Under the pieces are notes generated by a model, which was not told where the DNA came from, did not search any database, and was given only the letters and a program-made list of their open reading frames with translations. Source: Schmidtea polychroa (lineage: Eukaryota). From it: a DNA stretch of 64,000 bases. Below, in pieces: positions 50,902 to 64,000 of this stretch (the first letter of the stretch is position 1; every line of letters begins with the position of its first letter). The stretch lies in NCBI GenBank assembly GCA_044892525.1, contig CM097885.1:50656001-50720000 (forward strand). Reading direction: 5' to 3'. The translations under genes were made by a program, and so were the position numbers.

Positions 50902-51790
50902 TGTTATGATTAATTGTATTAGGTTTTTAATTATATATTTATTGTAATAATCATTGTAATATTTATTTAATTAAATTGTATTTTCTTAAATTTAATTGGT
51001 TTCAAATATATATTTTTTAATTTTAAGAAAACGCCAATCAAACATTCTTTTCACAATGTATTTCGACAGTTTTCCTGTCATCATCAGGTAGGATATAATA
51101 ACTATATCAATTAAGGATTTTTAACAAATTTATTAATTTTATTGATTATATAAAATAATTTTTAATAAAAATATTTCATTCTTTTTCAAAATTATAATTA
51201 AAATAATATATTGTATTTTAAATTTTAACATTTAGAATTTAATATAATAATTTTATAAATTATAAATTATTTAATTTAACAATACAATATACAAAAACCT
51301 ATTTAAAAACATTTTAAACACAAGTATTCACTGAATTCTGCACATTAAACGGTTTTTTGTAAATTGGTTTAGTTTTCAAAAAAGAAGGTCAACGATTTTG
51401 AAGGTATTTGCTACTAATAATGAGATTTATTCTATGTGAATATGTTACTCATTTAGAAACCAGATAAACATGCACAGTTCGCAATTTTCTGTTAAATTAA
51501 AGTAATAATTTTTAAATAAGTAAATTAATATAAAAAAAAGTTAAAGTTAAAAATTTTAAATTAAAGTAAATTAATAAATAAAAGTAAGCAAGATTTTTAA
51601 ATTTATTAACAAAAAGATTGAATAACCACAAACATTTTGAGAAATTTAATTTTTTAATAGAAATTTTAATGGAATATTTTTTTAGTCAATTTTTGTAAAA
51701 ACATTTTATGAAATATTTTCTTAAGAAAATTTTTAATAGAAATTTTAATGGAATAATTTTGAAAGACAAATTTAAATGCAAATTTCAAAG

Positions 51791-51850
<60 letters not shown>

Positions 51851-52440
51851 GTAATAATAGTAATAATAATAGTAATAATAATAATAATTTTAATAATAAT
51901 AATAATAATTTTATTAATAATAATAATAATAATAATAATAATTGGTCGAGGCTATGAACTTTTCATAGATCTCTTCATACATTTATTGGTTAGAGGTTTG
52001 ACCTTATGTAACCTTTGGAAATTCGTTATATCGATACATTTAAAACCACTACAAAACAAGCACTTTTAATATTCATCAAGATTAGTGTCGAAATAATTTA
52101 TTTATGCCTAAATGCTATTTTAAAGCATTTTACCCATATACTATTGTAATCTGTTTCGTATATTTTATATATTTTTTAATTTAATTTAATTTATTTAAGT
52201 ATATTACGTATATTTTTACTTTTTTATCAAAACAATTTAATTAAAAATTGCTTTTATTTATTAAACAATGTTGAATTAAATTATTTTTAATAATAAAAAC
52301 TTTAATATTTTGGATTATTTAAATGTTAAAAAATAAATATTATAATGTAATAATATGAAAAAGTGACAAAAAATAAACGCAAAACATAATTAGAAATTTT
52401 TAAAAGGCAAACTTAAAGAGAACTAAGGATGTGCAAAAAT

Positions 52441-53016
52441 TTAATAAAAATATTCAGTAATGGGATAAAGTAACAAGGATATAAACACTCCCCAAAATAA
52501 ACCTAAAATCACTTGACGAAATAAAGTTGGTTTATTTCTATTTTCATTTGTTTTATTATGAACTTCATTTACTATTTTTTTCTCAGGTAAACATTTTTCA
52601 GTTTTAAGGTTAAGATTTTTGTTTATTAAATTTATTTCTTTTTCTGTCATAACTTTACACATTGTGCACAATTCATATGTTTTATCAAGTCGACTTTTGT
52701 ATTCATGATAATCTTGTTTGAATGTGATGGAAGATTTCGGAGAAAATTTATTTAGAAGTGTTACATATTTTGATTGTTTGTCAATACAATTTTTACACAA
52801 TATTGATGAAGTGGTTTTAATTAAGGTTTGACGCTTGAAAGGTCTTGAATTTAGATTTTCGTCAAACTGTTCAACAATTGTTTTGTTATATTCTCCATTT
52901 TCATTGAATCCATTATATTGATGACAATGAGGACAAGTGAAAGAATTTCTTTTAAACACTTTTGTATTTTTTGCACAGAACCAGCAATTGACAAGCACTT
53001 TTATTTGAGAATTCAT
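52441..53016 (-). CDS. TMEM201: Truncated TMEM201/Ima1_N+TM ORF, array copy 14
   Basis: 191 aa with a GDYNK to GEYNK change. Confidence 0.85.
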   Translation of the reverse strand: MNSQIKVLVNCWFCAKNTKVFKRNSFTCPHCHQYNGFNENGEYNKTIVEQFDENLNSRPFKRQTLIKTTSSILCKNCIDKQSKYVTLLNKFSPKSSITFKQDYHEYKSRLDKTYELCTMCKVMTEKEINLINKNLNLKTEKCLPEKKIVNEVHNKTNENRNKPTLFRQVILGLFWGVFISLLLYPITEYFY

Positions 53017-53905
53017 TGTTATGATTAATTGTATTAGGTTTTTAATTATATATTTATTGTAATAATCATTGTAATATTTATTTAATTAAATTGTATTTTC
53101 TTAAATTTAATTGGTTTCAAATATATATTTTTTAATTTTAAGAAAACGCCAATCAAACATTCTTTTCACAATGTATTTCGACAGTTTTCCTGTCATCATC
53201 AGGTAGGATATAATAACTATATCAATTAAGGATTTTTAACAAATTTATTAATTTTATTGATTATATAAAATAATTTTTAATAAAAATATTTCATTCTTTT
53301 TCAAAATTATAATTAAAATAATATATTGTATTTTAAATTTTAACATTTAGAATTTAATATAATAATTTTATAAATTATCAATTATTTAATTTAACAATAC
53401 AATATACAAAAACCTATTTAAAAACATTTTAAACACAAGTATTCACTGAATTCTGCACATTAAACGGTTTTTTGTAAATTGGTTTAGTTTTCAAAAAAGA
53501 AGGTCAACGATTTTGAAGGTATTTGCTACTAATAATGAGATTTATTCTATGTGAATATGTTACTCATTTAGAAACCAGATAAACATGCACAGTTCGCAAT
53601 TTTCTGTTAAATTAATGTAATAATTTTTAAATAAGTAAATTAATATAAAAAAAAGTTAAAGTTAAAAATTTTAAATTAAAGTAAATTAATAAATAAAAGT
53701 AAGCAAGATTTTTAAATTTATTAACAAAAAGATTGAATAACCACAAACATTTTGAGAAATTTAATTTTTTAATAGAAATTTTAATGGAATATTTTTTTAG
53801 TCAATTTTTGTAAAAACATTTTATGAAATATTTTCTTAAGAAAATTTTTAATAGAAATTTTAATGGAATAATTTTGAAAGACAAATTTAAATGCAAATTT
53901 CAAAG

Positions 53906-53968
<63 letters not shown>

Positions 53969-54567
53969 GTAATAATAGTAATAATAATAGTAATAATAAT
54001 AGTAATAATAATAATAATTTTAATAATAATAATAATAATTATATTAATAATAATAATAATAATAATAATTGGTCGAGGCTATGAACTTTTCATAGATCTC
54101 TTCATACATTTATTGGTTAGAGGTTTGACCTTATGTAACCTTTGGAAATTCGTTATATCGATACATTTAAAACCACTACAAAACAAGCACTTTTAATATT
54201 CATCAAGATTAGTGTCGAAATAATTTATTTATGCCTAAATGCTATTTTAAAGCATTTTACCCATATACTATTGTAATCTGTTTCGTATATTTTATATATT
54301 TTTTAATTTAATTTAATTTATTTAAGTATATTACGTATATTTTTACTTTTTTATCAAAACAATTTAATTAAAAATTGCTTTTATTTATTAAACAATGTTG
54401 AATTAAATTATTTTTAATAATAAAAACTTTAATATTTTGGATTATTTAAATGTTAAAAAATAAATATTATAATGTAATAATATGAAAAAGTGACAAAAAA
54501 TAAACGCAAAACATAATTAGAAATTTTTAAAAGGCAAACTTAAAGAGAACTAAGGATGTGCAAAAAT

Positions 54568-55143
54568 TTAATAAAAATATTCAGTAATGGGATAAAGTAA
54601 CAAGGATATAAACACTCCCCAAAATAAACCTAAAATCACTTGACGAAATAAAGTTGGTTTATTTCTATTTTCATTTGTTTTATTATGAACTTCATTTACT
54701 ATTTTTTTCTCAGGTAAACATTTTTCAGTTTTAAGGTTAAGATTTTTGTTTATTAAATTTATTTCTTTTTCTGTCATAACTTTACACATTGTGCACAATT
54801 CATATGTTTTATCAAGTCGACTTTTGTATTCATGATAATCTTGTTTGAATGTGATGGAAGATTTCGGAGAAAATTTATTTAGAAGTGTTACATATTTTGA
54901 TTGTTTGTCAATACAATTTTTACACAATATTGATGAAGTGGTTTTAATTAAGGTTTGACGCTTGAAAGGTCTTGAATTTAGATTTTCGTCAAACTGTTCA
55001 ACAATTGTTTTGTTATAATCTCCATTTTCATTGAATCCATTATATTGATGACAATGAGGACAAGTGAAAGAATTTCTTTTAAACACTTTTGTATTTTTTG
55101 CACAGAACCAGCAATTGACAAGCACTTTTATTTGAGAATTCAT
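54568..55143 (-). CDS. TMEM201: Truncated TMEM201/Ima1_N+TM ORF, array copy 15
   Basis: Identical 191-aa protein. Confidence 0.85.
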   Translation of the reverse strand: MNSQIKVLVNCWFCAKNTKVFKRNSFTCPHCHQYNGFNENGDYNKTIVEQFDENLNSRPFKRQTLIKTTSSILCKNCIDKQSKYVTLLNKFSPKSSITFKQDYHEYKSRLDKTYELCTMCKVMTEKEINLINKNLNLKTEKCLPEKKIVNEVHNKTNENRNKPTLFRQVILGLFWGVFISLLLYPITEYFY

Positions 55144-56032
55144 TGTTATGATTAATTGTATTAGGTTTTTAATTATATATTTATTGTAATAATCATTGTA
55201 ATATTTATTTAATTAAATTGTATTTTCTTAAATTTAATTGGTTTCAAATATATATTTTTTAATTTTAAGAAAACGCCAATCAAACATTCTTTTCACAATG
55301 TATTTCGACAGTTTTCCTGTCATCATCAGGTAGGATATAATAACTATATCAATTAAGGATTTTTAACAAATTTATTAATTTTATTGATTATATAAAATAA
55401 TTTTTAATAAAAATATTTCATTCTTTTTCAAAATTATAATTAAAATAATATATTGTATTTTAAATTTTAACATTTAGAATTTAATATAATAATTTTATAA
55501 ATTATCAATTATTTAATTTAACAATACAATATACAAAAACCTATTTAAAAACATTTTAAACACAAGTATTCGCTGAATTCTGCACATTAAACGGTTTTTT
55601 GTAAATTGGTTTAGTTTTCAAAAAAGAAGGTCAACGATTTTGAAGGTATTTGCTACTAATAATGAGATTTATTCTATGTGAATATGTTACTCATTTAGAA
55701 ACCAGATAAACATGCACAGTTCGCAATTTTCTGTTAAATTAAAGTAATAATTTTTAAATAAGTAAATTAATATAAAAAAAAGTTAAAGTTAAAAATTTTT
55801 AATTAAAGTAAATTAATAAATAAAAGTAAGCAAGATTTTTAAATTTATTAACAAAAAGATTGAATAACCACAAACATTTTGAGAAATTTAATTTTTTAAT
55901 AGAAATTTTAATGGAATATTTTTTTAGTCAATTTTTGTAAAAACATTTTATGAAATATTTTCTTAAGAAAATTTTTAATAGAAATTTTAATGGAATAATT
56001 TTGAAAGACAAATTTAAATGCAAATTTCAAAG

Positions 56033-56089
<57 letters not shown>

Positions 56090-56679
56090 GTAATAATAGT
56101 AATAATAATAGTAATAATAATAATAATTTTAATAATAATAATAATAATTATATTAATAATAATATTAATAATAATAATAATTGGTCGAGGCTATGAACTT
56201 TTCATAGATCTCTTCATACATTTATTGGTTAGAGGTTTGACCTTATGTAACCTTTGGAAATTCGTTATATCGATACATTTAAAACCACTACAAAACAAGC
56301 ACTTTTAATATTCATCAAGATTAGTGTCGAAATAATTTATTTATGCCTAAATGCTATTTTAAAGCATTTTACCCATATACTATTGTAATCTGTTTCGTAT
56401 ATTTTATATATTTTTTAATTTAATTTAATTTATTTAAGTATATTACGTATATTTTTACTTTTTTATCAAAACAATTTAATTAAAAATTGCTTTTATTTAT
56501 TAAACAATGTTGAATTAAATTATTTTTAATAATAAAAACTTTAATATTTTGGATTATTTAAATGTTAAAAAATAAATATTATAATGTAATAATATGAAAA
56601 AGTGACAAAAAATAAACGCAAAACATAATTAGAAATTTTTAAAAGGCAAACTTAAAGAGAACTAAGGATGTGCAAAAAT

Positions 56680-57255
56680 TTAATAAAAATATTCAGTAAT
56701 GGGATAAAGTAACAAGGATATAAACACTCCCCAAAATAAACCTAAAATCACTTGACGAAATAAAGTTGGTTTATTTCTATTTTCATTTGTTTTATTATGA
56801 ACTTCATTTACTATTTTTTTCTCAGGTAAACATTTTTCAGTTTTAAGGTTAAGATTTTTGTTTATTAAATTTATTTCTTTTTCTGTCATAACTTTACACA
56901 TTGTGCACAATTCATATGTTTTATCAAGTCGACTTTTGTATTCATGATAATCTTGTTTGAATGTGATGGAAGATTTCGGAGAAAATTTATTTAGAAGTGT
57001 TACATATTTTGATTGTTTGTCAATACAATTTTTACACAATATTGATGAAGTGGTTTTAATTAAGGTTTGACGCTTGAAAGGTCTTGAATTTAGATTTTCG
57101 TCAAACTGTTCAACAATTGTTTTGTTATAATCTCCATTTTCATTGAATCCATTATATTGATGACAATGAGGACAAGTGAAAGAATTTCTTTTAAACACTT
57201 TTGTATTTTTTGCACAGAACCAGCAATTGACAAGCACTTTTATTTGAGAATTCAT
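56680..57255 (-). CDS. TMEM201: Truncated TMEM201/Ima1_N+TM ORF, array copy 16
   Basis: Identical 191-aa protein. Confidence 0.85.
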   Translation of the reverse strand: MNSQIKVLVNCWFCAKNTKVFKRNSFTCPHCHQYNGFNENGDYNKTIVEQFDENLNSRPFKRQTLIKTTSSILCKNCIDKQSKYVTLLNKFSPKSSITFKQDYHEYKSRLDKTYELCTMCKVMTEKEINLINKNLNLKTEKCLPEKKIVNEVHNKTNENRNKPTLFRQVILGLFWGVFISLLLYPITEYFY

Positions 57256-58156
57256 TGTTATGATTAATTGTATTAGGTTTTTAATTATATATTTATTGTA
57301 ATAATCATTGTAATATTTATTTAATTAAATTGTATTTTCTTAAATTTAATTGGTTTCAAATATATATTTTTTAATTTTAAGAAAACGCCAATCAAACATT
57401 CTTTTCACAATGTATTTCGACAGTTTTCCTGTCATCATCAGGTAGGATATAATAACTATATCAATTAAGGATTTTTAACAAATTTATTAATTTTATTGAT
57501 TATATAAAATAATTTTTAATAAAAATATTTCATTCTTTTTCAAAATTATAATTAAAATAATATATTGTATTTTAAATTTTAACATTTAGAATTTAATATA
57601 ATAATTTTATAAATTATCAATTATTTAATTTAACAATACAATATACAAAAACCTATTTAAAAACATTTTAAACACAAGTATTCACTGAATTCTGCACATT
57701 AAACGGTTTTTTGTAAATTGGTTTAGTTTTCAAAAAAGAAGGTCAACGATTTTGAAGGTATTTGCTACTAATAATGAGATTTATTCTATGTGAATATGTT
57801 ACTCATTTAGAAACCAGATAAACATGCACAGTTCGCAATTTTCTGTTAAATTAAAGTAATAATTTTTAAATAAGTAAATTAATATAAAAAAAAGTTAAAG
57901 TTAAAAATTTTAAATTAAAGTAAATTAATAAATAAAAGTAAGCAAGATTTTTAAATTTATTAACAAAAAGATTGAATAACCACAAACATTTTGAGAAATT
58001 TAATTTTTTAATGTAATTTTTTAATTGAAATTTTAATGGAATATTTTTAAGTCAATTTTTGTAAAAACATTTTATGAAATATTTTCTTAAGAAAATTTTT
58101 AATAGAAATTTTAATGGAATAATTTTGAAAGACAAATTTAAATGCAAATTTCAAAG

Positions 58157-58261
<105 letters not shown>

Positions 58262-58860
58262 GTAATAATAGTAATAATAATAGTAATAATAATAGTAATA
58301 ATAATAATAATTTTAATAATAATAATAATAATTATATTAATAATATTAATAATAATAATAATTGGTCGAGGCTATGAACTTTTCATAGATCTCTTCATAC
58401 ATTTATTGGTTAGAGGTTTGACCTTATGTAACCTTTGGAACTTCGTTATATCGATACATTTAAAACCACTACAAAACAAGCACTTTTAATATTCATCAAG
58501 ATTAGTGTCGAAATAATTTATTTATGCCTAAATGCTATTTTAAAGCATTTTACCCATATACTATTGTAATCTGTTTCGTATATTTTATATATTTTTTAAT
58601 TTAATTTAATTTATTTAAGTATATTACGTATATTTTTACTTTTTTATCAAAACAATTTAATTAAAAATTGCTTTTATTTATTAAACAATGTTGAATTAAA
58701 TTATTTTTAATAATAAAAACTTTAATATTTTGGATTATTTAAATGTTAAAAAATAAATATTATAATGTAATAATATGAAAAAGTGACAAAAAATAAACGC
58801 AAAACATAATTAGAAATTTTTAAAAGGCAAACTTAAAGAGAACTAAGGATGTGCAAAAAT

Positions 58861-59436
58861 TTAATAAAAATATTCAGTAATGGGATAAAGTAACAAGGAT
58901 ATAAACACTCCCCAAAATAAACCTAAAATCACTTGACGAAATAAAGTTGGTTTATTTCTATTTTCATTTGTTTTATTATGAACTTCATTTACTATTTTTT
59001 TCTCAGGTAAACATTTTTCAGTTTTAAGGTTAAGATTTTTGTTTATTAAATTTATTTCTTTTTCTGTCATAACTTTACACATTGTGCACAATTCATATGT
59101 TTTATCAAGTCGACTTTTGTATTCATGATAATCTTGTTTGAATGTGATGGAAGATTTCGGAGAAAATTTATTTAGAAGTGTTACATATTTTGATTGTTTG
59201 TCAATACAATTTTTACACAATATTGATGAAGTGGTTTTAATTAAGGTTTGACGCTTGAAAGGTCTTGAATTTAGATTTTCGTCAAACTGTTCAACAATTG
59301 TTTTGTTATAATCTCCATTTTCATTGAATCCATTATATTGATGACAATGAGGACAAGTGAAAGAATTTCTTTTAAACACTTTTGTATTTTTTGCACAGAA
59401 CCAGCAATTGACAAGCACTTTTATTTGAGAATTCAT
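58861..59436 (-). CDS. TMEM201: Truncated TMEM201/Ima1_N+TM ORF, array copy 17
   Basis: Identical 191-aa protein. Confidence 0.85.
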   Translation of the reverse strand: MNSQIKVLVNCWFCAKNTKVFKRNSFTCPHCHQYNGFNENGDYNKTIVEQFDENLNSRPFKRQTLIKTTSSILCKNCIDKQSKYVTLLNKFSPKSSITFKQDYHEYKSRLDKTYELCTMCKVMTEKEINLINKNLNLKTEKCLPEKKIVNEVHNKTNENRNKPTLFRQVILGLFWGVFISLLLYPITEYFY

Positions 59437-60325
59437 TGTTATGATTAATTGTATTAGGTTTTTAATTATCTATTTATTGTAATAATCATTGTAATATTTA
59501 TTTAATTAAATTGTATTTTCTTAAATTTAATTGGTTTCAAATATATATTTTTTAATTTTAAGAAAACGCCAATCAAACATTCTTTTCACAATGTATTTCG
59601 ACAGTTTTCCTGTCATCATCAGGTAGGATATAATAACTATATCAATTAAGGATTTTTAACAAATTTATTAATTTTATTGATTATATAAAATAATTTTTAA
59701 TAAAAATATTTCATTCTTTTTCAAAATTATAATTAAAATAATATATTGTATTTTAAATTTTAACATTTAGAATTTAATATAATAATTTTATAAATTATCA
59801 ATTATTTAATTTAACAATACAATATACAAAAACCTATTTAAAAACATTTTAAACACAAGTATTCACTGAATTCTGCACATTAAACGGTTTTTTGTAAATT
59901 GCTTTAGTTTTCAAAAAAGAAGGTCAACGATTTTGAAGGTATTTGCTACTAATAATGAGATTTATTCTATGTGAATATGTTACTCATTTAGAAACCAGAT
60001 AAACATGCACAGTTCGCAATTTTCTGTTAAATTAAAGTAATAATTTTTAAATAAGTAAATTAATATAAAAAAAAGTTAAAGTTAAAAATTTTAAATTAAA
60101 GTAAATTAATAAATAAAAGTAAGCAAGATTTTTAAATTTATTAACAAAAAGATTGAATAACCACAAACATTTTGAGAAATTTAATTTTTTAATAGAAATT
60201 TTAATGGAATATTTTTTTAGTCAATTTTTGTAAAAACATTTTATGAAATATTTTCTTAAGAAAATTTTTAATAGAAATTTTAATGGAATAATTTTGAAAG
60301 ACAAATTTAAATGCAAATTTCAAAG

Positions 60326-60382
<57 letters not shown>

Positions 60383-60981
60383 GTAATAATAGTAATAATA
60401 ATAGTAATAATAATAGTAATAATAATAATAATTTTAATAATAATAATAATAATTATATTAATAATAATAATAATAATAATAATTGGTCGAGGCTATGAAC
60501 TTTTCATAGATCTCTTCATACATTTATTGGTTAGAGGTTTGACCTTATGTAACCTTTGGAAATTCGTTATATCGATACATTTAAAACCACTACAAAACAA
60601 GCACTTTTAATATTCATCAAGATTAGTGTCGAAATAATTTATTTATGCCTAAATGCTATTTTAAAGCATTTTACCCATATACTATTGTAATCTGTTTCGT
60701 ATATTTTATATATTTTTTAATTTAATTTAATTTATTTAAGTATATTACGTATATTTTTACTTTTTTATCAAAACAATTTAATTAAAAATTGCTTTTATTT
60801 ATTAAACAATGTTGAATTAAATTATTTTTAATAATAAAAACTTTAATATTTTGGATTATTTAAATGTTAAAAAATAAATATTATAATGTAATAATATGAA
60901 AAAGTGACAAAAAATAAACGCAAAACATAATTAGAAATTTTTAAAAGGCAAACTTAAAGAGAACTAAGGATGTGCAAAAAT

Positions 60982-61557
60982 TTAATAAAAATATTCAGTA
61001 ATGGGATAAAGTAACAAGGATATAAACACTCCCCAAAATAAACCTAAAATCACTTGACGAAATAAAGTTGGTTTATTTCTATTTGCATTTGTTTTATTAT
61101 GAACTTCATTTACTATTTTTTTCTCAGGTAAACATTTTTCAGTTTTAAGGTTAAGATTTTTGTTTATTAAATTTATTTCTTTTTCTGTCATAACTTTACA
61201 CATTGTGCACAATTCATATGTTTTATCAAGTCGACTTTTGTATTCATGATAATCTTGTTTGAATGTGATGGAAGATTTCGGAGAAAATTTATTTAGAAGT
61301 GTTACATATTTTGATTGTTTGTCAATACAATTTTTACACAATATTGATGAAGTGGTTTTAATTAAGGTTTGACGCTTGAAAGGTCTTGAATTTAGATTTT
61401 CGTCAAACTGTTCAACAATTGTTTTGTTATAATCTCCATTTTCATTGAATCCATTATATTGATGACAATGAGGACAAGTGAAAGAATTTCTTTTAAACAC
61501 TTTTGTATTTTTTGCACAGAACCAGCAATTGACAAGCACTTTTATTTGAGAATTCAT
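60982..61557 (-). CDS. TMEM201: Truncated TMEM201/Ima1_N+TM ORF, array copy 18
   Basis: 191 aa with a TNENR to TNANR change. Confidence 0.85.
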   Translation of the reverse strand: MNSQIKVLVNCWFCAKNTKVFKRNSFTCPHCHQYNGFNENGDYNKTIVEQFDENLNSRPFKRQTLIKTTSSILCKNCIDKQSKYVTLLNKFSPKSSITFKQDYHEYKSRLDKTYELCTMCKVMTEKEINLINKNLNLKTEKCLPEKKIVNEVHNKTNANRNKPTLFRQVILGLFWGVFISLLLYPITEYFY

Positions 61558-62446
61558 TGTTATGATTAATTGTATTAGGTTTTTAATTATCTATTTATTG
61601 TAATAATCATTGTAATATTTATTTAATTAAATTGTATTTTCTTAAATTTAATTGGTTTCAAATATATATTTTTTAATTTTAAGAAAACGCCAATCAAACA
61701 TTCTTTTCACAATGTATTTCGACAGTTTTCCTGTCATCATCAGGTAGGATATAATAACTATATCAATTAAGGATTTTTAACAAATTTATTAATTTTATTG
61801 ATTATATAAAATAATTTTTAATAAAAATATTTCATTCTTTTTCAAAATTATAATTAAAATAATATATTGTATTTTAAATTTTAACATTTAGAATTTAATA
61901 TAATAATTTTATAAATTATCAATTATTTAATTTAACAATACAATATACAAAAACCTATTTAAAAACATTTTAAACACAAGTATTCACTGAATTCTGCACA
62001 TTAAACGGTTTTTTGTAAATTGCTTTAGTTTTCAAAAAAGAAGGTCAACGATTTTGAAGGTATTTGCTACTAATAATGAGATTTATTCTATGTGAATATG
62101 TTACTCATTTAGAAACCAGATAAACATGCACAGTTCGCAATTTTCTGTTAAATTAAAGTAATAATTTTTAAATAAGTAAATTAATATAAAAAAAAGTTAA
62201 AGTTAAAAATTTTAAATTAAAGTAAATTAATAAATAAAAGTAAGCAAGATTTTTAAATTTATTAACAAAAAGATTGAATAACCACAAACATTTTGAGAAA
62301 TTTAATTTTTTAATAGAAATTTTAATGGAATATTTTTTTAGTCAATTTTTGTAAAAACATTTTATGAAATATTTTCTTAAGAAAATTTTTAATAGAAATT
62401 TTAATGGAATAATTTTGAAAGACAAATTTAAATGCAAATTTCAAAG

Positions 62447-62506
<60 letters not shown>

Positions 62507-63105
62507 GTAATAATAGTAATAATAATAGTAATAATAATAGTAATAATAATAATAATTTTAATAATAATAATAATAATTATATTAATAATAATAATAATAA
62601 TAATAATTGGTCGAGGCTATGAACTTTTCATAGATCTCTTCATACATTTATTGGTTAGAGGTTTGACCTTATGTAACCTTTGGAAATTCGTTATATCGAT
62701 ACATTTAAAACCACTACAAAACAAGCACTTTTAATATTCATCAAGATTAGTGTCGAAATAATTTATTTATGCCTAAATGCTATTTTAAAGCATTTTACCC
62801 ATATACTATTGTAATCTGTTTCGTATATTTTATATATTTTTTAATTTAATTTAATTTATTTAAGTATATTACGTATATTTTTACTTTTTTATCAAAACAA
62901 TTTAATTAAAAATTGCTTTTATTTATTAAACAATGTTGAATTAAATTATTTTTAATAATAAAAACTTTAATATTTTGGATTATTTAAATGTTAAAAAATA
63001 AATATTATAATGTAATAATATGAAAAAGTGACAAAAAATAAACGCAAAACATAATTAGAAATTTTTAAAAGGCAAACTTAAAGAGAACTAAGGATGTGCA
63101 AAAAT

Positions 63106-63680
63106 TTAATAAAAATATTCAGTAATGGGATAAAGTAACAAGGATATAAACACTCCCCAAAATAAACCTAAAATCACTTGACGAAATAAAGTTGGTTTAT
63201 TTCTATTTGCATTTGTTTTATTATGAACTTCATTTACTATTTTTTTCTCAGGTAAACATTTTTCAGTTTTAAGGTTAAGATTTTTGTTTATTAAATTTAT
63301 TTCTTTTTCTGTCATAACTTTACACATTGTGCACAATTCATATGTTTTATCAAGTCGACTTTTGTATTCATGATAATCTTGTTTGAATGTGATGGAAGAT
63401 TTCGGAGAAAATTTATTTAGAAGTGTTACATATTTTGATTGTTTGTCAATACAATTTTTACACAATATTGATGAAGTGGTTTTAATTAAGGTTTGACGCT
63501 TGAAAGGTCTTGAATTTAGATTTTCGTCAAACTGTTCAACAATTGTTTTGTTATAATCTCCATTTTCATTGAATCCATTATATTGATGACAATGAGGACA
63601 AGTGAAAGAATTTCTTTTAAACACTTTTGTATTTTTTGCACAGAACCAGCAATGACAAGCACTTTTATTTGAGAATTCAT
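63106..63680 (-). pseudogene. TMEM201: Truncated TMEM201/Ima1_N+TM ORF, array copy 19, with a 1-bp deletion near 63652
   Basis: AATGACAAGC in place of AATTGACAAGC frameshifts the ORF around codon 9-10 (could be a sequencing error); shares TNANR with copy 18. Confidence 0.7.
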
Positions 63681-64000
63681 TGTTATGATTAATTGTATTA
63701 GGTTTTTAATTATATATTTATTGTAATAATCATTGTAATATTTATTTAATTAAATTGTATTTTCTTAAATTTAATTGGTTTCAAATATATATTTTTTAAT
63801 TTTAAGAAAACGCCAATCAAACATTCTTTTCACAATGTATTTCGACAGTTTTCCTGTCATCATCAGGTAGGATATAATAACTATATCAATTAAGGATTTT
63901 TAACAAATTTATTAATTTTATTGATTATATAAAATAATTTTTAATAAAAATATTTCATTCTTTTTCAAAATTATAATTAAAATAATATATTGTATTTTAA

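Overview
Very AT-rich eukaryotic DNA, probably from an invertebrate animal (introns about 40-85 bp). Positions 1-22 kb are mostly nested, decayed mobile elements: a ~7.3-kb-spaced segmental duplication with MITEs, a Merlin-type element, a TG..CA insertion carrying a MANSC-domain ORF, Gypsy remnants, a Ginger element, hAT remnants and two Polinton/Maverick-like ends carrying a Bcl-2-like gene (joined in one copy to an adenain-type protease). One intact five-exon host gene, ZC3H15, lies in this region. From 22.3 kb there is an intronless, truncated TMEM201/Samp1/Ima1 copy (+), a 5'-truncated Penelope retroelement with a hammerhead ribozyme motif, and then a tandem array of at least 19 near-identical ~2.1-kb units running off the window end. 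On the minus strand each unit has a Penelope-type 3' end, a minimal hammerhead motif, an intact 191-aa Ima1_N+TM ORF (frameshifted in the last copy) and a (TAA)n tract. This protein-coding, retrozyme-like array is the most unusual system here. All calls were read by eye; no searches were run.
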